A stretch of 32,967 nt of DNA from an uncultured Syntrophaceae bacterium (lineage in GTDB: Bacteria > Desulfobacterota > BSN033 > UBA1163). This document shows, piece by piece, positions 1-7,521 of this stretch. Below the pieces are notes generated by a model. It saw only the letters and a list, made by a program, of their open reading frames with translations, did not search any database and was not told the origin of the DNA. Location of the stretch: assembly GCA_964353925.1 (NCBI GenBank), contig CAYGWV010000036.1, positions 1 to 32,967 on the forward strand. Reading direction: 5' to 3'. A program made the position numbers and the translations under genes. How positions within the stretch are numbered: the first letter of the stretch is position 1; each line of letters begins with the position of its first letter.

Positions 1-347
1 GTAAAACCACCTCCTGCAGCAGCACCATTCACTGCCGCGATGATCGGCTTCTTCATATTTCGCATGATCTGGGGAATCCACGGCAGGCTGTCCTGAATGG
101 GCGTAGCCTGCAAATCAAATTCGCTCGGCCCTTGGGTCGCCTCCTCAAGGTCCAGACCCGCCGAGAAAGCGCGGCCCGCACCGGTAATGATAACGACCCT
201 GATCTCATCGTCCTGGTCTACTTCGTGGAGTGCTGCAATAAATTCCTGGAACGCAAGGGCGCTCAGTGCGTTTAATTTGTCGGGACGATTGAATGTAATG
301 GTGCCGATGTTCTCTTTTTTCTCGATCAGCAGAGTTAAATAATTCAT
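1..347 (-). CDS. Enoyl-CoA hydratase/isomerase (crotonase) family protein, N-terminal part (runs off window start)
   Basis: Manual translation from ATG at 347: MNYLTLLIEKKENIGTITFNRPDKLNALS...VIITGAGRAFSAGLDL...KKPIIAAVNGAAAGGGF; classic crotonase motifs; GGAGA RBS upstream. Not in the ORF track because it is truncated. Confidence 0.9.
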   Translation of the reverse strand, partial: MNYLTLLIEKKENIGTITFNRPDKLNALSALAFQEFIAALHEVDQDDEIRVVIITGAGRAFSAGLDLEEATQGPSEFDLQATPIQDSLPWIPQIMRNMKKPIIAAVNGAAAGGGF

Positions 348-376
348 TTTATCTCCCTATTCGTCATAAATAATGC

Positions 377-410
377 TTTTCCAGAGGTAATGGTTTTTAC
401 CTCTGGAAAA
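377..410. terminator. 14-bp stem hairpin (terminator or RNA-stability element) between thiolase and crotonase
   Basis: TTTTCCAGAGGTAA-tggttt-TTACCTCTGGAAAA perfect inverted repeat. Confidence 0.5.
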
Positions 411-437
411 TATCTTCTAACCGCTTGGCTCGTGAAG

Positions 438-1586
438 CTAAATTTTTAAAATCGTAACACACGAGTGCCCCAGTGCCCCTCTGACGTGGGCAAGCCCTAC
501 CTTCGCGTTGGCAACCTGTCTGGGTCCTGCCTGCCCCCTTAGCTGGACAACGGCTTCATATATTTGACCCAGGGCTGAGGCGCCCACAGGCTCTCCCTTG
601 GATATGATCCCACCGTCTGTACTGATCGGAAGCCTGCCTCCAATTTCCGTCACTCCTTGATTCACCGCAGGCCCCCCTTCACCCTCCTTGAACAAAAGGA
701 GCTCCTCTGAGAATAGGATCTCTCCGGAGGCATCGGTATCCTGCAGTTCTGCGAATGATAGGTCTTCCGGGCCAATACCTGCCTTTTCGTAAGCTTCCAT
801 GGCAGCAATAGTGGTCACTGCTTTATTCCCCGTTTTGTATCCGAAATAGTTACCCACCCCCATTTCAGGATACGGATTGAGTCGATGAGCACAGGAAGCT
901 AAAATGACCGGCTTTTTGGTATATTTCTTGGCTACTTTCTTGCTGCACAGTACAACTGCTGCGGCCCCTTCATTAGGAGCACAAAACATATAGAGCGTCA
1001 GGGGATCACAGACGACCCGGGAGTTCAGCACCTCTTCCAAGGTCATTGCCTTTTGATACATCGCATTCGGATTCAAGACTCCATTCTTGTGATTCTTCAC
1101 GGATACCTGTCCGATTTGTTCGATGGTTGTCCCATATTTGGCCATATGCAGGCGGGCATCCATCGCCCAGTACATGGGATTCTCATCCAACCCGGCGAGA
1201 GCTTGCCAGGGCTCATAGCCAGAGACAGCCGGAGCCAGGAACCCACGCGGTTGTTTTTCTACTCCAACAGCGAGCACAATGTCATATTCCCCTTGTTTGA
1301 TGGCCATCTGTGCTATTCGCAAACAGGCGCCTCCACCGGAACAGGCTGCCTCGACATTAACAATGGGTATCGTCGTTCTTCCGAACAAAAAAGCTGTCTT
1401 CGGCCCTATTCCAGGATAAATGGTCCCGCTGTTGGATAGGAACATGGCCTGCACATCTTTGAATTCAATATGGGCATCAGCCAACGCCATATCGATAGCG
1501 TACTTCCCCAACTCTTCGACACTTTTCTCGGGAAACCGGCCAAATTTATGTATCCCTACACCCGTTATGACTGCTTCATTTGCCAT
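438..1586 (-). CDS. Thiolase family protein (SCP2/BbsB-like, partner of DUF35 subunit)
   Basis: GVGIHKFGR start, nucleophile motif NVEAACSGG, ELQDTD in place of the classical motif, GEPVGASALGQ..QLRGQAGPRQV; adjacent Zn-ribbon/OB-fold gene. Confidence 0.88.
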   Translation of the reverse strand: MANEAVITGVGIHKFGRFPEKSVEELGKYAIDMALADAHIEFKDVQAMFLSNSGTIYPGIGPKTAFLFGRTTIPIVNVEAACSGGGACLRIAQMAIKQGEYDIVLAVGVEKQPRGFLAPAVSGYEPWQALAGLDENPMYWAMDARLHMAKYGTTIEQIGQVSVKNHKNGVLNPNAMYQKAMTLEEVLNSRVVCDPLTLYMFCAPNEGAAAVVLCSKKVAKKYTKKPVILASCAHRLNPYPEMGVGNYFGYKTGNKAVTTIAAMEAYEKAGIGPEDLSFAELQDTDASGEILFSEELLLFKEGEGGPAVNQGVTEIGGRLPISTDGGIISKGEPVGASALGQIYEAVVQLRGQAGPRQVANAKVGLAHVRGALGHSCVTILKI

Positions 1587-1604
1587 CGTTTTCTCCTTCG
1601 TTTA

Positions 1605-1699
1605 CCCCGTTAGAAATAATGCCCTGCTACTCTACATCGGGGTTGGGTTTTTTAGTAATTCCTGCGGGGTTCAATGCCCCGCTGGAATTTCTAACAGGG
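1605..1699. mobile_element. MITE-like element, TIR CCCCGTTAGAAA, flanked by 4-bp direct repeat TTTA
   Basis: TTTA|CCCCGTTAGAAAT...ATTTCTAACAGGG|TTTA (1 mismatch in TIR); same TIR as 10678-10785. Confidence 0.75.
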
Positions 1700-1700
1700 T

Positions 1701-2129
1701 TTACTTGATTAATTTGAATTTGTACATCACCACATCATTTCCTTTATCGTCCACCCAACCCTTGCCCAGGTCTAACTCCACCCGCTTACCAAAGTCTAAT
1801 TCATCCAGACCGCATCCTGTAATCTCGGAGACGAGGAAGAGCCCGTCTTCCAATTCCACCCAGGCCACGGGAAAGGGTTTGAACGACTCCTGCGGATAGG
1901 GCGGAGGGGGAGCGTGGCGAATAACGGTGTACGAGTATATCTTCCCGTACTTGCTAAAGACGTACTCTTCCACATCTTTGCTTGTGCAGTTGATGCAATA
2001 CTTGCTTTCGCCTAAGGCAAGACTGCCGCAGGCCCGGCATTTAATGCCCTTCAGCCGAACGCTTTCCAGCGGAGACAGGGGCGTCGTCAGCAAACCTTCT
2101 TTGAAAGGGACTTGTCCAGCCATATTCAC
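1701..2129 (-). CDS. Zn-ribbon/OB-fold DUF35 protein (BbsA/ChsH2-C-like)
   Basis: CRAC...CINC zinc ribbon, GKIYSYTVI, PFPVAWVELEDG OB-fold; AAGGAG RBS (start may be ATG at 2123). Confidence 0.9.
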   Translation of the reverse strand: MNMAGQVPFKEGLLTTPLSPLESVRLKGIKCRACGSLALGESKYCINCTSKDVEEYVFSKYGKIYSYTVIRHAPPPPYPQESFKPFPVAWVELEDGLFLVSEITGCGLDELDFGKRVELDLGKGWVDDKGNDVVMYKFKLIK

Positions 2130-2267
2130 ACTCCTTTGAAAAATTTATTTAGAGTTTATCCACAATTAACCTCCCCCCTTTCGCAAAGGGGGATTTACGA
2201 GACTATCTTTATATCTTATTATCACCTCCCTTACTTATCTTCCTGGTCTGTTTTACTGAAGCTCTTC

Positions 2268-2498
2268 CATGTTGCCGAAAAACCATTGTTTGCCAGGCTG
2301 ATCAAAAATGCCCCTGCCTTCGTCCCGCAAGGCGGGACTACGCGCAGGCAGGCAGATGCAAGTTGAGCCCTGCGAAATCCCGTTTGCGGGGGCGCCCGAA
2401 ATCCTTCCGTAGGGGCAATTCATGAATTGCCCCTACAAGTACGCCGTAATGACGAAGGAAAAGGGCAACGCGGCAGATGGGCCTTTTTCATCAGCTTG
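2268..2498. mobile_element. Composite MITE-like element with nested palindromic inserts
   Basis: Inverted ends CAGGCTGATCAAAAATGCC[insert]CAGATGC vs GCAGATGGGCCTTTTTCATCAGCTTG; contains CCTGCC...GGCAGG insert (2313-2352) and GTAG palindrome (2409-2436). Confidence 0.65.
2409..2436. repeat. GTAG-type REP-like perfect palindrome
   Basis: GTAGGGGCAATTCATGAATTGCCCCTAC, 28-nt perfect palindrome. Confidence 0.8.
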
Positions 2499-2504
2499 CC
2501 AAGG

Positions 2505-3260
2505 TTACTTTCCTTGCCACTGGGGCTTTCGCTTTTCGCTCAGCGCCTTCATCCCTTCAGCGTGATCTTTGCTTCTCAAAACACGGCTATTGGTCGTTTC
2601 GTAAATGGCAGCAGCCGTGCGGTAATCCAGATCTTTACTTTTCATAAACATCTCTTTCAGTCCCCTCATTGCCAGAGGAGAATTATTCGCCAGCTTTCCT
2701 GCCATTGCAGCCGCTTCACTCATCAGTTTATCCTGAGGGACAACCCTGTTGACGAGGCCAACCTCGTAGGCCCTCTGGGCATTCATCTTTTCACCGAAGA
2801 AGAGCATCTCACGAGCAATCCCTGGGGGGACAAAACTTTGGAGAACGTCTGCCCCGCCGGGAATAACGCCAAACTTTACCTCCGGAACGCTGAATTCCAC
2901 GTTTTCAGCGGCAATCCTGATATCGCAAGCAAGTACCAGTGAGATTGCACGACCGATCACCGGTCCGTTGATAGCGCATAGAATCGGCTTATAGACCTGG
3001 TAATGATTAGGATCTTCGCGCAGAACGTTGAACCCCTCCTGTATCCCCGGCTCGCCAATGCTCTGGAAATCAGCGCCGGCACAAAAGAGTTTTCCTGACC
3101 CCGTTAAAACAGCGACCCAGACGCTATCGTCATCTCTAAAATCGACCCAGGTGTTTGCCAACTCATTCATGAGCTCGGTATTGATGGCGTTCATTTTATC
3201 CGGACGATTCAAGGTAATGGTTGCAATCCTATCTTTCTTTTCATAGATAAGCACTGACAT
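2505..3260 (-). CDS. Enoyl-CoA hydratase/isomerase family protein
   Basis: ITLNRPDKMNAI, FCAGAD, KPILCAING, PEVKFG, EKRKPQWQGK; first catalytic Glu position reads Ser (GRAIS), second Glu retained; AAGGAGG RBS. Confidence 0.92.
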   Translation of the reverse strand: MSVLIYEKKDRIATITLNRPDKMNAINTELMNELANTWVDFRDDDSVWVAVLTGSGKLFCAGADFQSIGEPGIQEGFNVLREDPNHYQVYKPILCAINGPVIGRAISLVLACDIRIAAENVEFSVPEVKFGVIPGGADVLQSFVPPGIAREMLFFGEKMNAQRAYEVGLVNRVVPQDKLMSEAAAMAGKLANNSPLAMRGLKEMFMKSKDLDYRTAAAIYETTNSRVLRSKDHAEGMKALSEKRKPQWQGK

Positions 3261-3344
3261 AAAAGCTCCTCCTTACGTGCCACTACTCAGGCAACTGGGA
3301 TATCAGGGTGAAACCTAAAAAATAAATCCTAATGGCAGAATTAA

Positions 3345-3420
3345 TCCCGCGCTTCGCGGGACAAAATTAGCAATATTTTGAATTGCTAATTGATCATTGT
3401 TAATTGACCATTTTGCAATG
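3345..3420. repeat. Short palindrome plus degenerate heptamer tandem array
   Basis: TCCCGCGcttCGCGGGA followed by AATTGCT/AATTGAT/CATTGTT/AATTGAC/CATTTTG units. Confidence 0.5.
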
Positions 3421-3435
3421 ATCTTTCCTGCATAA

Positions 3436-4653
3436 CTACTCAAAAACTCCCTCGGCTAGTAACTCTATGAATTCCTCGTCAGGCATTCCAAGAATCTGTG
3501 TACACACATATTCCGTATGCTCACCCAAACACGGGGCAGGCATGCGGAGTTCAGCCGGAGTTTCGGACAGTTTAAATGGGGGACCATCATACGCACAGAT
3601 CCCCATTTCAGGATGATTCAGGTACCAAAAGTGATGACGGTGTTTTAGCTGAGGGTCTTTAATGAGGTCCTTTCCACTCTGGACCACCCCTGCTGCAATC
3701 CCGGCGTCTTGCATCCGATGCATCACTTCCTCAGCCGGCAATTTCGATGTCCAATTCTCCACCCGCTTGTCAAGCTCCTCTTCGTTTGCTTTTCTGGACA
3801 GTACTGTAGCAAACTTTGAATCCCGGGTCCATGCCGGGTTACCAAGAACCTTGCAGAACGCCTCCCATTCCTCGTCGTTAAACACGGCAATCGTGCACCA
3901 TCTCTCCTCTCCCTGGCAGCGGTACGCGCCGTGGGGAGCTGCGTCCGGATGGTGGTTGCCTATCTTGCCCCCTTCGCGTCCATTTGCCGTGTAGTCCAGG
4001 ATAGCCGGAGCCAGGTGCTGGACAGCAATTTCATGCTGGGAAAGGTCAATGTATTGTCCCTTGCCTGTTCTACGGCGATACTCTAAAGCGGCCATGATAG
4101 CAATCACCGCGATGGGAGGGCTGACGGTGTCCGTGTATGGGTAACCCACCGCAACCGCTTCCTGATCAGGCCAGCCTACGAAATGAGTGAAACCGGCTCT
4201 ACTGACGAGTTCAAGCCCAAAGCCTGGTTGTTGTGACTCCGGCCCGGTTTGTCCAAGCCCGCTTGTACTGAGCATAATAATATCGGGTTTTATCTTTTTC
4301 ATTCCCTCATATCCCAGTCCCCATTTCTTTTCCATGGTTCCTGGAGTAAAATTTTCAACCGCAACATCCGCCCAGGCGACAATCTTTTTAGCCACCTCCA
4401 ACCCTTTCGGGTGCTTCAGGTTAAGTGCCATTCCATATTTGTTGCTATTATAATTGGCATAACAGCCGCTACGGTTTATGCCTGGGATGCCGTCTTTGAA
4501 CGGCTCGATACCCCTCAGTTCATCTGGCCTCGTCAAGGATTCTATCCGAATGACCCGCGCTCCATGATGGGCAAGCCACATGGAGATACTCGGACCCGCT
4601 ATATACCAGGAGAAATCAGCGACTTTCAGTCCTTCCAGTGCTTGCGCTGTCAA
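3436..4653 (-). CDS. Family III CoA-transferase (CaiB/BaiF), BbsF-like subunit with active-site Asp
   Basis: LEGLKVADFSWYIAGP, ENFTPG, YPYTD (catalytic Asp position), GKGQYIDLSQ, APCLGEHT; TTG start. Confidence 0.92.
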   Translation of the reverse strand: MTAQALEGLKVADFSWYIAGPSISMWLAHHGARVIRIESLTRPDELRGIEPFKDGIPGINRSGCYANYNSNKYGMALNLKHPKGLEVAKKIVAWADVAVENFTPGTMEKKWGLGYEGMKKIKPDIIMLSTSGLGQTGPESQQPGFGLELVSRAGFTHFVGWPDQEAVAVGYPYTDTVSPPIAVIAIMAALEYRRRTGKGQYIDLSQHEIAVQHLAPAILDYTANGREGGKIGNHHPDAAPHGAYRCQGEERWCTIAVFNDEEWEAFCKVLGNPAWTRDSKFATVLSRKANEEELDKRVENWTSKLPAEEVMHRMQDAGIAAGVVQSGKDLIKDPQLKHRHHFWYLNHPEMGICAYDGPPFKLSETPAELRMPAPCLGEHTEYVCTQILGMPDEEFIELLAEGVFE

Positions 4654-4699
4654 ATTAAACCCCTGTCAGAATAGTTCAAACCTATCCTTTCATTAATTA

Positions 4700-4830
4700 G
4701 AGTCTGTCCATAAACGGCCATTTCCGTCATGCCGGACTTGATCCGGCATCCAGAAGGTTTTGAAAGGACTGGATTCCGGCTCTCGCCGGAATGACAATTC
4801 TGATTCAGGCGGCTATTTATAAACAGACTC
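4700..4830. mobile_element. MITE-like element with TIR GAGTCTGT(C/T)(C/T)ATAAA carrying a GTCAT-type REP doublet
   Basis: TAATTA|GAGTCTGTCCATAAA...TTTATAAACAGACTC|TAATTA; internal GTCATGCCGGACTTGATCCGGCATCC...GGATTCCGGCTCTCGCCGGAATGAC (4726-4795). Confidence 0.7.
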
Positions 4831-4833
4831 TAA

Positions 4834-6078
4834 TTAAATAATCCCACTCTGCTTTAACCTAGAGAGCGTTTCTTTGGTAAACCCGAACTCTCCCTCATAG
4901 ATCTCGCTATTGTGCTCACCCATCAATGGAGCACGACAAAATTTCCACGTAATCTCAGATGATTTATACAACGCGCCAGGATAGGTAATGGTCGTTCCCA
5001 GTTCAGGGTAGTCTACTTCCTCCCAGTAATCCCTGGCTTCAAGTTGAGGGTCTGCGAGCAAATCTTTTGGGGTACTTGCTGGAATGAGTACAATGCCCCT
5101 GACAAGCGCTTCTCTGCAAAGTTCTGCTTTCGTATGACTTTTAAAAAAATCTCCAAAAAGTTCCTGCCAATGATAGAACTTTTCTGAAGGCACAGTAAGC
5201 AAATCCATCTGCTGCCAGTTCACTTCTGCGAGCTCGCCCGCCTGCCCTTCGCTCTCCATCCACTCTACCAAAGCCCGTGTCTTCACTCCCAAGCCGCCTC
5301 CAAACAATCTCCAAGCGATATAACCGTCTTTACAAGGCCAGAGATGACGCACACGCTTCCTGGCCCGGGACAAATAAGCACCTTCTCTTGGCCAGATAAA
5401 CTTCTGGAGGTCCCAGGCCTGTGGAACTGTCAGTGCGGACAGCACAACGCTTTCCTGTGTGGAGGTATCTACATACTGCCCTTTCCCGGTGGCTTCACGA
5501 TAGTAATGGGCGATCATCGCACCCATTGCTCCCTGAGCACCCGCAATCACATGGGCCTGATCCACGCTGACCCTCGCCGGAGGACGGTCAGGACTTCCCG
5601 TGATGTGGGATAAGCCACCCATCGCGATTGCCACAATATCAGAAGCCTTCCAATCCTTATAGGGACCATCCTGTCCGAACGGAGTAATGGAAACCATAAT
5701 GACACGGGGGTTAACACCTTTTAGAACTGAGTAACCTAATCCTATCTTATCCACGGTGCCGGGATCAAAGGACTCGATCACGAAATCTGCAGTCTTCGCT
5801 AACCTCTTGAAAATCTCTTGCCCATCACGGGTTTCGATGTTGAGAGTGATGCTCCTCTTATTCGTATTATAGGCAAAGAAATAAAGGCTCTTCTCTTTAC
5901 CCGGGAGGTCATGATAAAAAGGGCCGATATTCCTTCCTGGGTCGCCTTCTGGCGGCTCTATTTTAATAACGTCGGCGCCCAGGTCAGCTAGGATTTTCCC
6001 ACAAAAATAGCCCTTCCCATTGGTCAGATCCAGGACTCGATAAGGGCTCAATGGTAAATCAGGTGTCTCTTTGTTCAT
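4834..6078 (-). CDS. Family III CoA-transferase, BbsE-like subunit
   Basis: LSPYRVLDL, LADLGADVIKIEPP, AYNTNKRSITL, SITPFGQDGPY; position equivalent to the catalytic Asp appears to be His (DQAH), consistent with the non-catalytic partner of a heterodimer. Confidence 0.9.
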   Translation of the reverse strand: MNKETPDLPLSPYRVLDLTNGKGYFCGKILADLGADVIKIEPPEGDPGRNIGPFYHDLPGKEKSLYFFAYNTNKRSITLNIETRDGQEIFKRLAKTADFVIESFDPGTVDKIGLGYSVLKGVNPRVIMVSITPFGQDGPYKDWKASDIVAIAMGGLSHITGSPDRPPARVSVDQAHVIAGAQGAMGAMIAHYYREATGKGQYVDTSTQESVVLSALTVPQAWDLQKFIWPREGAYLSRARKRVRHLWPCKDGYIAWRLFGGGLGVKTRALVEWMESEGQAGELAEVNWQQMDLLTVPSEKFYHWQELFGDFFKSHTKAELCREALVRGIVLIPASTPKDLLADPQLEARDYWEEVDYPELGTTITYPGALYKSSEITWKFCRAPLMGEHNSEIYEGEFGFTKETLSRLKQSGII

Positions 6079-6145
6079 ATTTAAAGCTCAACCCCCGAAA
6101 AAGGTTTGGAAGCCTCTCCACCTGTCTTTCCAGGGACCATCGTAT

Positions 6146-7015
6146 TTAGTTTAGGATACTTCCATCGTTTCTTATGACGAAGGCCTTTACTCCATCCAAC
6201 TCCCCGATCAGCTCAATGCCCTTTTCTGCTTCTAATATAAACATACAAGTGGCCAACATGTCGGCATCCATTGCCTTCTCGGTAATGACAGTTGAACTTA
6301 ATACTCCTTGAGCAGGTCTTCCTACCTTGGGATTGATGATGTCGCTGAAAGATCTCCGGTAGGTTCCACTGGTTGCTATCGCTTGGTCATGAAGTTCAAC
6401 GGCAGTGACGATTCGGGTTTTATTCCTGGGATCCCGTATGGCAATTCTCCAAGGGATGTTCTCGTCTTTTCCCCCAATAACCCTGATATCCCCTCCGGCA
6501 TTTACCAGCGCATGCCTAATATTCCCCCGACTCAGAGCTTCAATCGCTTTATCGACAGCATATCCTTTGGCAACTCCCGCCAGAGTGATGCCCATCCCTC
6601 GTTTCCTAAAACGGATGTTCTTGTCTTCGATAAGAATATTCCTGTAATTAACAAGCTCCAATCTTTGACTGATTTCTGAATCCGTGGGAATCTTGCTCTT
6701 AGAAAAGTTCTCTTCCCACAATTCCAAAACGGGCAATACAGTGATGTCGAAGGCACCTTCCATCCGTTCAGAGAACGAGTTTGCCCTTTGAATCACGTGC
6801 CTTGTATCGTCGCTCACACCTTCATAATAACCTTCTCTGTTAAGAACGCCCACTTCGCTACTTTGCTTATGGACATTCATCAAGTCATGGATTCGATGGA
6901 CCTCATCAAAAGCAGCGCGTACTGCGCTGATTCCTTCGCTTACATCGGGATGCACTACCGTGATGGTCACGAACGTACCTAATGCACCTTGTACATCCTT
7001 TACGATATGCACCAT
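6146..7015 (-). CDS. apbE: FAD:protein FMN transferase (ApbE/Ftp) homolog, no signal peptide
   Basis: LGT, FDITV.P...LW, AGVAKGYAVD, NAGGD, PWRIAIRDP, IATSG, ADMLAT motifs; starts directly at the catalytic domain with no lipobox or TM segment. Confidence 0.88.
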   Translation of the reverse strand: MVHIVKDVQGALGTFVTITVVHPDVSEGISAVRAAFDEVHRIHDLMNVHKQSSEVGVLNREGYYEGVSDDTRHVIQRANSFSERMEGAFDITVLPVLELWEENFSKSKIPTDSEISQRLELVNYRNILIEDKNIRFRKRGMGITLAGVAKGYAVDKAIEALSRGNIRHALVNAGGDIRVIGGKDENIPWRIAIRDPRNKTRIVTAVELHDQAIATSGTYRRSFSDIINPKVGRPAQGVLSSTVITEKAMDADMLATCMFILEAEKGIELIGELDGVKAFVIRNDGSILN

Positions 7016-7046
7016 TCCCCTTAATAAGCCTTCGAATTCAGCTCAT

Positions 7047-7499
7047 CTAAGGTTTCGCTTTTGCCTTCTTAATTATTTCTTTTACTTTTTCTCGTATCCC
7101 ATCCGTAATCCAGGTTGAAGAGAGAGTAGCATCGGTAATGGCATCAATCTTACCATCAGGGGATAAGTTGACTTCTTCGACCATCAGGCCAATAAATTGT
7201 TTCTCGAAGCCAGGTTCGGCAACATCCATGGTCCATGGCTCCTTGACCATTTCTGGATGGATCGCTATGTCAAGGTTGATAATCTTGTATTCTTTCGGAT
7301 CAATGATACCGAAAACCTGATACTTATCCATATCCTCTGCACCTGGAATATCAGCTACTGCCTCAGGGATGTCTTTGGCAAAAGCATAACCGATGAGCTC
7401 GCCTGACTCGTCATAGGCCTCCCAGCAGACGATTTCACCATCGCCGACCAGTTGCCTCATCTGTGCTATCTGCGGCAATAATCTCTTAAAATCTTCCAT
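7047..7499 (-). CDS. Stand-alone FMN-binding domain protein (RnfG/NqrC-like), no membrane anchor
   Basis: GELIGYAF, FEKQFIG, KIDAITDATLSS (variant of the Dxx[ST]GA[TS] flavinylation motif); lies between the flavoprotein and ApbE genes. Confidence 0.75.
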   Translation of the reverse strand: MEDFKRLLPQIAQMRQLVGDGEIVCWEAYDESGELIGYAFAKDIPEAVADIPGAEDMDKYQVFGIIDPKEYKIINLDIAIHPEMVKEPWTMDVAEPGFEKQFIGLMVEEVNLSPDGKIDAITDATLSSTWITDGIREKVKEIIKKAKAKP

Positions 7500-7521
7500 C
7501 CTGAATTGCCCTTAAAATAAT

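Noticed and set aside
6146-7499. Remnant of an rnf/nqr operon
   Set aside because: No other Rnf/Nqr subunits nearby and no membrane anchor; tight linkage to the flavoprotein suggests a separate module
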